Positions 56,452 through 64,000 of a stretch of 64,000 nt of DNA are shown here, in pieces (the stretch's first letter is position 1; the number at the start of each line of letters is the position of its first letter). The notes under the pieces were generated by a model that worked only from the letters and a program-made list of their open reading frames with translations, was not told the DNA's origin and ran no database searches. Source of the DNA: Gemmatimonadota bacterium (GTDB taxonomy: Bacteria; Gemmatimonadota; Gemmatimonadetes; Gemmatimonadales; GWC2-71-9); the NCBI GenBank assembly GCA_003221005.1, contig QHTZ01000074.1, positions 9,088 through 73,087 on the forward strand, written 5' to 3'. The position numbers were made by a program, and so were the translations under genes.

Positions 56452-57441
56452 ATGCAGGAGCAGGTCGCGCGCGTCTCGCTCGGGGAGATCCAGCGCCCCA
56501 TCGCCGTCGAGCTTGAGGAGATCGTGGCTGAGCTGCGGCGCATCATCGTGGGGGACTTCCCGATCATCGCGGCCGCGAACGAGCACCTGCTCCGCATGAA
56601 GGGGAAGTTGTTCCGCCCGACGCTGCTCCTCCTCAGCCAACGGGCCGCCCAGGTCGCCGAGCCGCGGGCCACGACGCTGGCGGCGGTGGTCGAGCTGATC
56701 CACCTCGCGACCCTTGTGCACGACGACTCCGTGGATCACTCGGTGCTGCGGCGCGGCATGCCGACGATCAACGCCCTGTTCTCGCACCAGGTCGCCGTCA
56801 TCATGGGCGACTACCTCTACTCGCGAGCGATCATCGAGCTCGTTAACCTCGGCGACCTGGAGCCGTTGCGCGTGTTCGGCCGCGTCACGAATGAGATGAC
56901 GGTGGGGGAGATGCGCCAGCTCGAGGCGCACGATCGGCTGGCCTACAGCGAGGAGCAGTACGACCAGCTGATCCGTGCGAAGACCGCCTCGCTCGTGTCG
57001 GGCGCGTGCGAGGTCGGGGCGCTGCGGGCCGCGCCCGACCACCGGGCGGCGCTGGCACGCTTCGGCCTTCACCTCGGCATGGCGTTCCAGATCACCGATG
57101 ACCTGCTCGATTACACGCAGACCGAAGCGGTCACGGGCAAACCCTCCGGACTCGACCTGAAGGAGCACAAGGTCACGTTGCCGCTGATCGCGGCGCTGGG
57201 CCGGATGACGCCGGCGAAGCGCCAGCTCGTGGTGCGGCTCATGGAAACCCCCGAGCCGTCGGACGAGATCGTCGCCGCGGTGATCCGGGCGGTCGAGGCG
57301 GCGGGCGGGCTCGAGTACGCGCGGCGCCGCGCGCAGGGGCGCGCCCAGCAGGCCGAGGCGGAGCTCGACCTCCTGCCCCCGTCGCCGGCGCGGGACGCGC
57401 TCCGCGACAGCATCGCCTATGCCGTGGACCGGCGCAGCTAG
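56452..57441 (+). CDS. polyprenyl diphosphate synthase (IspB-like)
   Basis: ATG at 56452. Motifs KLFRPTLLLL, LVHDDSVD and FQITDDLLD. Confidence 0.88.
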   Translation: MQEQVARVSLGEIQRPIAVELEEIVAELRRIIVGDFPIIAAANEHLLRMKGKLFRPTLLLLSQRAAQVAEPRATTLAAVVELIHLATLVHDDSVDHSVLRRGMPTINALFSHQVAVIMGDYLYSRAIIELVNLGDLEPLRVFGRVTNEMTVGEMRQLEAHDRLAYSEEQYDQLIRAKTASLVSGACEVGALRAAPDHRAALARFGLHLGMAFQITDDLLDYTQTEAVTGKPSGLDLKEHKVTLPLIAALGRMTPAKRQLVVRLMETPEPSDEIVAAVIRAVEAAGGLEYARRRAQGRAQQAEAELDLLPPSPARDALRDSIAYAVDRRS

Positions 57442-57444
57442 GCC

Positions 57445-57717
57445 GTGGCGCAAGGCCCGCGGCGCCCGCTATTTTACTTTGGAGTGCTGGCGACCGGCTT
57501 CGTGCTGGGCGGGTTTCTCCATGCGTTGCTGCGGCATTACCTGCCGCAGGGCGCCGCTCGGGAGTTCTTCACGACAGCGGTGACGCCGACCCTGGGGCCG
57601 GTGCACCTCGATCTCCTGGTGGTGTCGATTACGCTCGGGCCGATCGGGTTCGACGTGTCGCTGCTGGCCCTGGTAGGCGTCGCCATCGCCTACTTCGTCG
57701 CCCGCTCGCTCTTCTGA
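57445..57717 (+). CDS. small membrane protein (DUF4321-like)
   Basis: 90 aa with two hydrophobic segments. The family assignment is from memory only. Confidence 0.55.
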   Translation: MAQGPRRPLFYFGVLATGFVLGGFLHALLRHYLPQGAAREFFTTAVTPTLGPVHLDLLVVSITLGPIGFDVSLLALVGVAIAYFVARSLF

Positions 57718-57729
57718 AACGAGGCGTCT

Positions 57730-57972
57730 ATGTTCGGGGACCTGTCGTTCAGCCACATCCTGATCCTGCTGCTCATCGTGGTCCTGGTGTTCGGCGCGAA
57801 GCGCATTCCGGAGATCGGGTCGTCGCTGGGTCAGGGCATCCGCGAGTTCACCCGCAGCCTGAAAGGTGCGGTCGACGACCGCCCGGAATCACGCGGCGTG
57901 CAGCCTCCTGCCTCCCCTCCAGCATCCTCCTCGGTCCCCTCCAGCGGCGAGCCGAAGCGGCTCAACCAGTAG
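57730..57972 (+). CDS. tatA: twin-arginine translocase subunit TatA/E
   Basis: 80 aa, beginning MFGDLSFSHILILLLIVVLVFGAKRIPEIGSSLGQGIREF. Confidence 0.88.
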   Translation: MFGDLSFSHILILLLIVVLVFGAKRIPEIGSSLGQGIREFTRSLKGAVDDRPESRGVQPPASPPASSSVPSSGEPKRLNQ

Positions 57973-57976
57973 CGGT

Positions 57977-58180
57977 GTGAGCGGCGGCGAGCTCTTTCTC
58001 CTCCTCGTCATCGCGCTGCTGGTCCTGGGCGCGCACCGCCTTCCCGAAGCGGGTCGCCTCGTCGGGAAGGGGTTGCGCGACTTTCAGCGCGCGCTCAACG
58101 AGGCGCGCCATGCGGTCGAGGAGGGGCAGGAGCAGCCGCGCACGTCAGAAGGTGCGCGCCCGCGACGGCTGATCGACTGA
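57977..58180 (+). CDS. second TatA/TatB-family protein
   Basis: GTG at 57977 gives VSGGELFLLLVIALLVLGAHRLPEAGRLVGKGLRDFQRAL. The upstream part of track ORF 57866 overlaps tatA. Confidence 0.7.
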   Translation: MSGGELFLLLVIALLVLGAHRLPEAGRLVGKGLRDFQRALNEARHAVEEGQEQPRTSEGARPRRLID

Positions 58181-58182
58181 GC

Positions 58183-60006
58183 CTAGCTACCGGCCGAGCG
58201 GGCCGCGAAGACCTCCTTGCGGCGATCCACGATCTTTGCCCGCGTCTTGAGCGCGGCCAGAAACGCCTGAATCCGCGCCTGGCGCGTGGGCGCCAACACA
58301 TTCTCCCGCTGCGCATCCCTCTGCTTCAGCCACGCAGTCGAGTCGGCCGTCGTTCGACGGAGGCATTGTAGCAACGCGTACCCCGTCGCCCCCCGGATCA
58401 GGCTGGAGCGCGCACCGGGCCGTAGCCCGAATGCGGCGCCGACCGCGAGTGGGTTGTCCTGCAGGATCGCGGGCGGGGCGAGACGGGTGAACGGTCCCAC
58501 CTTCTGCACCGTCAGGCCGTGCGCGGCGGCCAGCTGCGTCAGGTCGCGCGCGCTGCCCAGCTCATGCGCGATCTGCTCGGCCCGGCGCGCGGCGACCTCC
58601 CGCTTCTTCACCAGGCGAGCGGCGTCCAGCACCTGCGCGCGGATCTCGGAGAGCGGCGGGGTCCCGGCGGGCACGAGCGAGTCCAGGCGGAACACGTAGT
58701 ACGCCGGGCGGGCCTCGATCACGGGACTCGTCTCGCCGACACGCGCCTCGAACGCCCACACACTCACGTCCGGAATCATGTACTGCCCGAGCAGCATCCG
58801 CTCCCCCCCGACGAGCGGGGGAGCGTGGCCGAGCGGCAGTCTCAGCGCGCGCGCCAGCGTATCGAGCACACTCCCGTCCGGCCGCTCTGCCGCGAGTTTG
58901 TCCAGCGTGTCGGCGCGCGACTCCACGTACTCGAGATGCTTACCCTGAGGCTCGAGGGGAATCAGGATGTGGCGCACGTGCAGCGAGTCGCCCCGCGCCG
59001 CGTCCACGCGGATGATGTGGTATCCGAAGCTCGACAGAGCGGGCTGGCTCAGCTCCCCCGGGTGGAGCGTCCGGAGCGCCGCGAGGAACGCGGGGTCGAA
59101 CCCCCGCTCGTCTCGCCTGATCCATCCGAGGTCACCCCCGCGGGAGCCGCTTGCGGTGTCCGCCGACTCGTGCTTTGCGACGTCCTCGAACTTGCTCACC
59201 CCGCCCCCCGCGACCTCCTGGCGCACGCGGCGCGCATGCGCCAGCGCCGCGGCAGAGTCAGCGGCGTCGGGCAGCCGCGGCTGCGCGATGAAGCTCAGGA
59301 ACGCCACCGCTGGCCGCTTGAAGTCTGTCTTGTGTGCCTCGTAGTACTGCTCGAGCTCCGCGTCCGTAACGGGTGCGTCCTGATCCGGGATCTGCTCGGG
59401 CCGGATCGCCAGCAGAGCGACGGTCACGGACTCGTGTTGATCGCGATACATGCGCCACAGCTTGGCGTCGGGCACGTAGACGTCCGCGGTCAGATACTGC
59501 GCCAGCTTCACCTGGGGGATCTGCTCGCGGTATCGTGCCTCGAGCGAGCGCAGGAACTGGGGGTCCGAAGCACTCGCGAGGTAGCGCTGCCACTTCGAGA
59601 TGTCGAACTGGCCGTTGGTTTGGAACTCGGGGCTCTGCATCACTTCGGGGGGTGGAGCGCTCTGCGCGGCTCGGATCAGCTCCTGGTCAGACACCGTGAT
59701 CCCGAGCTTGCGGTACTGCTGCTCGAGCAGCAGGGTCTGGGTCAGCTCGTCCACAACTTGATTCTCGACCTGCTGCTCCTCCTCGCGGGTGAGTCTGCCA
59801 CCCGCCTGGCGCCGGACCTGCTCGAATGCGGCTTGCCGCGCCGCATCGTACTCCTGCAGGCGCACCTCGCGGCCGTTCACTTTGAGAACCGTGTCCCGGC
59901 TGCCGCCCAGGATCTCCGTAACCTGTCCGTAGGCGAGCCAGCCAACGAAGGTCACTGCGACGATCCAGAAGACGGGCTTCGTGATCGCCCGCATCGAGCG
60001 CATCAT
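58183..60006 (-). CDS. ppiD: periplasmic chaperone/peptidyl-prolyl isomerase PpiD-like
   Basis: Start set at ATG 60006 (MMRSMRAITKPVFWIVAVTFVGW, an N-terminal TM anchor) with GGGAG 10 nt upstream. Contains a parvulin-like domain (FGYHIIRV). Confidence 0.82.
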   Translation of the reverse strand: MMRSMRAITKPVFWIVAVTFVGWLAYGQVTEILGGSRDTVLKVNGREVRLQEYDAARQAAFEQVRRQAGGRLTREEEQQVENQVVDELTQTLLLEQQYRKLGITVSDQELIRAAQSAPPPEVMQSPEFQTNGQFDISKWQRYLASASDPQFLRSLEARYREQIPQVKLAQYLTADVYVPDAKLWRMYRDQHESVTVALLAIRPEQIPDQDAPVTDAELEQYYEAHKTDFKRPAVAFLSFIAQPRLPDAADSAAALAHARRVRQEVAGGGVSKFEDVAKHESADTASGSRGGDLGWIRRDERGFDPAFLAALRTLHPGELSQPALSSFGYHIIRVDAARGDSLHVRHILIPLEPQGKHLEYVESRADTLDKLAAERPDGSVLDTLARALRLPLGHAPPLVGGERMLLGQYMIPDVSVWAFEARVGETSPVIEARPAYYVFRLDSLVPAGTPPLSEIRAQVLDAARLVKKREVAARRAEQIAHELGSARDLTQLAAAHGLTVQKVGPFTRLAPPAILQDNPLAVGAAFGLRPGARSSLIRGATGYALLQCLRRTTADSTAWLKQRDAQRENVLAPTRQARIQAFLAALKTRAKIVDRRKEVFAARSAGS

Positions 60007-60048
60007 GGCACTGCAACTCCCGCGTCGTGAGGGTGGAAAGGGGCCATA

Positions 60049-60077
60049 AGTGTAAAGACCACAACAAGCAAACTCAA
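60049..60077 (-). promoter_or_regulatory. candidate promoter for ppiD
   Basis: On the minus strand: TTGAGT (60077-60072), 17-nt spacer, TACACT (60054-60049). Confidence 0.3.
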
Positions 60078-60097
60078 GCAACGACGCGCGTTTCCGA

Positions 60098-60127
60098 TTG
60101 ACAGCAAACCCGGGCGATCACTATCTT
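60098..60127 (+). promoter_or_regulatory. candidate promoter for the 60155 TPR gene
   Basis: TTGACA (60098-60103), 18-nt spacer, TATCTT (60122-60127), in an AT-richer divergent intergenic region. Confidence 0.5.
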
Positions 60128-60154
60128 CGTCCAATTCCCACAAAGACTTAGGCT

Positions 60155-61831
60155 GTGCCGTACACCAGCGAGATCGAAAAGCTCGAGCGGCGCTACGCCG
60201 AGAACCCCAAAGGGCGCAATTTCGCGCCCCTGGCGGACGCCTATCGCAAAGCAGGACAAGTAGATCAGGCCATTGAGCTGTGCAAGAGCGGGCTGGAACG
60301 GCATCCCGACTATGTCAGCGCCCATATCGTGTACGGCCGCTGCCTCATCGACCAGAAGAACGCGGTGGCTGCGGACCAGGTCTTCCGCAAGGTGCTGGAG
60401 CTCGATCCCGAAAACGTTATCGCCTTCAAGGTCTTGGCTGACCTCGCCGAGCGTAGCGGGCGGTTCAGCGACGCAGTCATCTGGCTGACCAAGCTGCTCG
60501 CGGCGGATCCCATGAACGGAGATGCCGCCGAGGCGCTCGCGGTCGCGAAGGGGAAGGCCGCTCAAAGTCCGCCGGTGGCAAAACCCACCGCTCCCGCCCC
60601 GGCGGTGCCCGGGTTGAGCGAGGCAGCGACGGCCGCGATCCCGAAGCCGGATTTCGTCGTGGAGCACACGTCGGTTCAGCCCGTGACACCCGCCGCCCCG
60701 GCGCCGGCGCCCGCCGGCGATCTCGAGACCTTCGACGGCACGTTGGACTTCAACGCCGTGGCGCACGACGCCGCCAAGGCCGAGGGACTCGAGGTGCAGG
60801 AAGAGGTGGTGCTGAAGCCGTCCGACGTGGTGGTGGAGGGGTTGGCGCGTACGCAGTACGAGGGGAGTGGGATCTTCAAGCTCGACCCGTCGGCCTCGCC
60901 CGGCAGGGCCGCCCCGCCGCCCCCGCGCCGGCCTCCCAGGCCCGAGCCTGAAGAAGACGAGCTGCCGACCGTGGATCTCCCGCTCATCCTGCCGGAGGAT
61001 GTGGCCCCGCGTCCTGCGCCGGCGCGCCGGCCGACGCCCCCGCCAGTGCCGGCGCCCCCGCCCGCGCCCCCGCGCGCTTCGACGCCCGTCGCGGCGGCGG
61101 TGACGCTGTCGGATGACGACGGAGCGGTCGACACCGCCGCTCTGTCCCGAGCCGAACCGGTACTGACCGAGACCATGGCTGAGCTCTACCTGAAGCAGGG
61201 CCACCAAGAGGAGGCGCTCCGCGTCTACCAGGCGCTCCTCGCCCGGCGCCCCGCGGATGCGCGGCTGCGAGCCCGGGTGGACGCGTTGTCCGGACGGGGG
61301 AAGAGGGAAGAGGGAAGGGGGAAGGGGGTTGCTCCCACCGGGCCTACCGTGCAGGCGTTTCTGCGAGCGATCCTCGCGGCCCGGCCCGGCGGCGCTGCCC
61401 CGACCGCAGGGGCGTCGCCCTTCGACTCCGCTTTCGGCGTGCCGTCGGCGGAAGCCGAGCCTGGGGGTGGCCAGCCGACGTACGCTGCGGCGGACAATAT
61501 TTCGCTCGATCAGGTGTTCGGTGACGACAGTGGCCGTTCCTCGTCCGTCCCTGACGCCCCCGCGATGTCCGCGTCGCTCCCACCCGCGCCCGCACCCCCG
61601 TCCCCCGCGGCGTCGGTGACACAGACGGGGGGCTTTTCCTTCGACGAGTTCTTCGCCACTGGGGGCGGAAGTGGAAGCGGGGCCGAGGGCGCCACGGGGG
61701 CGGGCGCGCCGCCAGCCGCGAGCCGGTCCCCCTCCTCGGTAAGCGCCTCGGGTCGGCGCCCCAAGCTGCCGGTCGAAGAGCACGGTGACCTCGACCAGTT
61801 CCAGGCGTGGCTCAAGGGCCTAAAGGGCTAG
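60155..61831 (+). CDS. TPR / Pro-Ala-rich linker / TPR protein
   Basis: 558 aa with a GTG start. N-terminal TPRs (LADAYRKAGQVDQAIELCKSGLERHPDY), a long P/A-rich middle, and a late TPR AELYLKQGHQEEALRVYQALL. Confidence 0.8.
   Translation: MPYTSEIEKLERRYAENPKGRNFAPLADAYRKAGQVDQAIELCKSGLERHPDYVSAHIVYGRCLIDQKNAVAADQVFRKVLELDPENVIAFKVLADLAERSGRFSDAVIWLTKLLAADPMNGDAAEALAVAKGKAAQSPPVAKPTAPAPAVPGLSEAATAAIPKPDFVVEHTSVQPVTPAAPAPAPAGDLETFDGTLDFNAVAHDAAKAEGLEVQEEVVLKPSDVVVEGLARTQYEGSGIFKLDPSASPGRAAPPPPRRPPRPEPEEDELPTVDLPLILPEDVAPRPAPARRPTPPPVPAPPPAPPRASTPVAAAVTLSDDDGAVDTAALSRAEPVLTETMAELYLKQGHQEEALRVYQALLARRPADARLRARVDALSGRGKREEGRGKGVAPTGPTVQAFLRAILAARPGGAAPTAGASPFDSAFGVPSAEAEPGGGQPTYAAADNISLDQVFGDDSGRSSSVPDAPAMSASLPPAPAPPSPAASVTQTGGFSFDEFFATGGGSGSGAEGATGAGAPPAASRSPSSVSASGRRPKLPVEEHGDLDQFQAWLKGLKG
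61296..61328 (+). repeat. 33-nt all-purine heptamer repeat / G-tract cluster inside the TPR gene
   Basis: GGGGG AAGA GGG AAGA GGG AA GGGGG AA GGGGG, roughly four GGGAAGR units. It encodes GRGKREEGRGKG. Confidence 0.6.
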
Positions 61832-62277
61832 TGCACATCGCCGTCCTGAACGGCCCGAACTTGAATCTGCTGGGGGAGCGCGAGCCGGACGTGTACGGGC
61901 GCGCCACGCTGCGCGAGGTCGAAACGGCGACCCGCGAGCGGGCGCGCGCGCTCGGCGTCGAATGCAGCTGGACGCAGACCAATCACGAGGGCGAGCTGGT
62001 CGAAGCGATCCAGGGGCTCCGCGGTCGGGCCGACGGGGCGGTCATCAACGCGGCCGCCTTCACCCACACGAGTCTCGCCGTCCGCGACGCGCTGCTCGCC
62101 GTGCGGGTGCCGTTCGTCGAGGTACATCTGTCGAACATCTTCGCCCGCGAGCCCGAACGGCGTCACTCGCTGCTCGCCGACCTTGCCGTGGGCGTCGTGA
62201 CCGGGTTCGGCGCGGAGAGCTACCGGCTAGGACTTGAGGGGCTGGTCAAGCATCTCGCGTCCCGCGATGGCCGCTGA
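61831..62277 (+). CDS. aroQ: type II 3-dehydroquinate dehydratase
   Basis: GTG at 61831 (TAGTG overlap) gives VHIAVLNGPNLNLLGEREPDVYG. Motifs NHEGELV and EVHLSNI. Confidence 0.9.
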   Translation: MHIAVLNGPNLNLLGEREPDVYGRATLREVETATRERARALGVECSWTQTNHEGELVEAIQGLRGRADGAVINAAAFTHTSLAVRDALLAVRVPFVEVHLSNIFAREPERRHSLLADLAVGVVTGFGAESYRLGLEGLVKHLASRDGR

Positions 62278-63361
62278 GCCGCGGCACGCGCGTCACGCCG
62301 CGTTGGTGCGCGCGCTCGAGGCCGAGGAGCTGGATGCGCTCCTGGTCACGTCGCGGGCGAACATCCGCTACCTGACTGGGTTCAGTGGCTCGGCGGCGCT
62401 CGCCGTCGCGACGCGCGCCGATCTGCTACTGGTGACGGATTTCCGCTACGACGAGCAGGCGCGTGCCGAGGCGGGCGCCGTGGCGCGGGTCGAGGTGGAC
62501 GGCGCGAGCGTCTGGGACCGGCTGTTCCGCGAGCTGCCGTCGCTCGGGCCACTCGCCTGGATCGGCTACGAAGCGCACGCGCTCGCGGTGAAGGACGCGG
62601 AGCGGCTGGCGCAGGCGGGGAAGGCCTGGCGCTGGAAGGCGACGGGCGACCTGGTGGAGCGGTTGCGCGCGAGCAAGGACCCAGGCGAGGTCGCAGCGAT
62701 CCGCAGCGCGGCCGCTCTGGCAGGCGAGGCGCTCACGACGACGCTCACTCAGGTGCGCGTCGGGATGAGTGAGCTCGAGATCACGGGGTTGCTCGAGGGG
62801 GAGCTGCGGCGCCGGGGGAGCGAGGGCCATCCGTTTCCCACTATCGTGGCGTCGGGTCCCCGCACCGCGTTGCCGCACGCACGCTCCAGCCAGCGCACGG
62901 TGGCGGCGGGGGAGTGGCTGCTGCTAGACTTCGGCGCTCAAGTGGACGGCTATTGCGCGGACGTTACCCGCACCGTCGTGGTCGGGGGTCGCGCGAGCGA
63001 GCGGCAGCGCGCACAATACGAGCTGGTACGCGGTGCACAGCTGCGAGCGCGCGAGGGCGTTCGAGCGGGCATGACGGGCCGCGACGCCGACGCGCTCGCC
63101 CGGGAGCTGATCGAGGCCCGGGGGTTCGGCGATGCCTTCGGGCATTCCCTGGGGCATGGGCTGGGGCTCGAAGTGCACGAGGCGCCGCGGCTGTCGAAAA
63201 CCAGCGCCGAACCTCTGCCCGCACACGCGGTCGTCACAATCGAGCCGGGAGTGTACCTGGCGGGCGAGGGAGGCGTGCGGATCGAGGACGACGTGCACCT
63301 CTCCAGCGAGGGGCCCGTGCTGCTCACGGACGGGCGCACGGATCTGGCGGAACTGGTGTAG
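62267..63361 (+). CDS. pepP: Xaa-Pro aminopeptidase (M24B)
   Basis: ATG at 62267. Creatinase-like N-terminal domain, then [29 protein letters not shown] and IEPGVY. Confidence 0.85.
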   Translation: MAAEPRHARHAALVRALEAEELDALLVTSRANIRYLTGFSGSAALAVATRADLLLVTDFRYDEQARAEAGAVARVEVDGASVWDRLFRELPSLGPLAWIGYEAHALAVKDAERLAQAGKAWRWKATGDLVERLRASKDPGEVAAIRSAAALAGEALTTTLTQVRVGMSELEITGLLEGELRRRGSEGHPFPTIVASGPRTALPHARSSQRTVAAGEWLLLDFGAQVDGYCADVTRTVVVGGRASERQRAQYELVRGAQLRAREGVRAGMTGRDADALARELIEARGFGDAFGHSLGHGLGLEVHEAPRLSKTSAEPLPAHAVVTIEPGVYLAGEGGVRIEDDVHLSSEGPVLLTDGRTDLAELV

Positions 63362-63390
63362 GGGGGCTTTCCCGGATACTGTATGGTGCA

Positions 63391-63894
63391 ATGAACCTCG
63401 ACATCATCGCGCGTCTGGTGCAGATCCTCAAGGACTCGCCGGAGCTCGGCGCGATCGAGGTGCGGCGGGGGTGGCTCGGGGCGTGGACGGCCGTCCGCGT
63501 CTCCCGGGCGGGGCATCCGACGAACACCGGTGGGGAGCACGTGGTAGTGGCGGAGCGGGCGGTTGTCCCCCTGGCGGGCCCGTCTTCCAGCGCGACGGCA
63601 GAGGCAGCAGGCGGGAGAAGGGAGGGGGGCGGCGCGCCCGCGGGCGTGGCCCTGCTCGAGATCAAGTCCCCTATGGTGGGGACGTTCTACTCCGCCCCCG
63701 AGCCGGGCGCGGAGCCCTACGTGAAAGTCGGCACGCGGGTGTCCCCCGGGCAGATGGTGTGCATCATTGAAGCGATGAAGATCATGAACGAGATCGAGTC
63801 CGAGGTCCCAGGGGTGATCAGGGAGGTGCTCGTGGAGAACGCCCAACCCGTGGAATTCGGACAGACCCTCTTCCGAGTCGATCCCCATGGCTGA
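63391..63894 (+). CDS. accB: acetyl-CoA carboxylase biotin carboxyl carrier protein
   Basis: ATG at 63391. Biotinylation motif [13 protein letters not shown] and SPMVGTFY. Confidence 0.9.
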   Translation: MNLDIIARLVQILKDSPELGAIEVRRGWLGAWTAVRVSRAGHPTNTGGEHVVVAERAVVPLAGPSSSATAEAAGGRREGGGAPAGVALLEIKSPMVGTFYSAPEPGAEPYVKVGTRVSPGQMVCIIEAMKIMNEIESEVPGVIREVLVENAQPVEFGQTLFRVDPHG

Positions 63895-64000
63895 CGCCCC
63901 GCACGGTGCTGCGTTCAACTTCAAGCAGGCGATCACGCACATGGTCCAGCGCAACGGCTCGGACCTGCTGCTCAAGGTCGGCCGGCCGGCCACGATCCGG
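63887..64000 (+). CDS. PilT/PilU-like type IV pilus retraction ATPase, 5' partial
   Basis: ATG at 63887 (ATGGCTGA overlap with accB) opens a frame to the window end. [38 protein letters not shown] resembles the PilT N-terminus (GASDLHL..G.PP.IR). Only 38 codons are visible. Confidence 0.5.
   Translation, partial: MADAPHGAAFNFKQAITHMVQRNGSDLLLKVGRPATIR

Overview
High-G+C chromosomal core segment (GC judged by eye, not computed) from a diderm bacterium. The FCB-type LptD-like barrel and overall gene content suggest Gemmatimonadota or a relative; this is inference only. About 60 protein genes are tightly packed, and all but rpmB and ppiD lie on the + strand. Many junctions overlap by 1-17 nt, and 12 of them are GTGA start/stop overlaps. 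Gene order: smpB, cell-wall amidase, lipoprotein, pyrD, pyrF, small secreted protein, a 664-bp low-GC insertion, rpmJ-rpsM-rpsK-rpsD-rpoA-rplQ, rpmB(-), gmd(deleted)-rmd, carB, murB. Then a UDP-sugar block (WbpD/E/B/A-like, ugd, uxs, epimerase), two TPR proteins, bamD, nadD, secA, radC, rel, uvrB, tsaE-tsaB-rimI, ssb, LysM protein, ccsA-like, hemA, epimerase. Then tolQ-tolR-tolA-like-tolB-pal-cpoB, a continuous TatC+LptD-like ORF, lipoprotein, hutH-hutU-hutI, TPR/Pro-rich protein, polyprenyl synthase, DUF4321-like, tatA, tatB-like, ppiD(-), second TPR/Pro-rich protein, aroQ, pepP, accB and a partial PilT-like gene. I saw no rRNA, tRNA, CRISPR array, prophage or recognisable defence island. Points worth a second look: (1) tatC runs without a stop codon into a signal-peptide-like segment and an LptD-like outer-membrane protein. 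(2) The insertion has 10-11 bp target duplications and 9-10 bp terminal inverted repeats, and carries decayed cargo just upstream of the ribosomal-protein promoter. (3) gmd has an in-frame deletion that removes the catalytic YxxxK segment. (4) Two long hairpins are built from inverted arrays of CGGAA-containing 7-8-mers; one of them encodes the TolB signal peptide. (5) A near-consensus ssb promoter carries an embedded perfect palindrome. (6) G-tract/purine repeats lie inside two coding regions. All calls come from reading the translations and sequence by eye; no searches were run.
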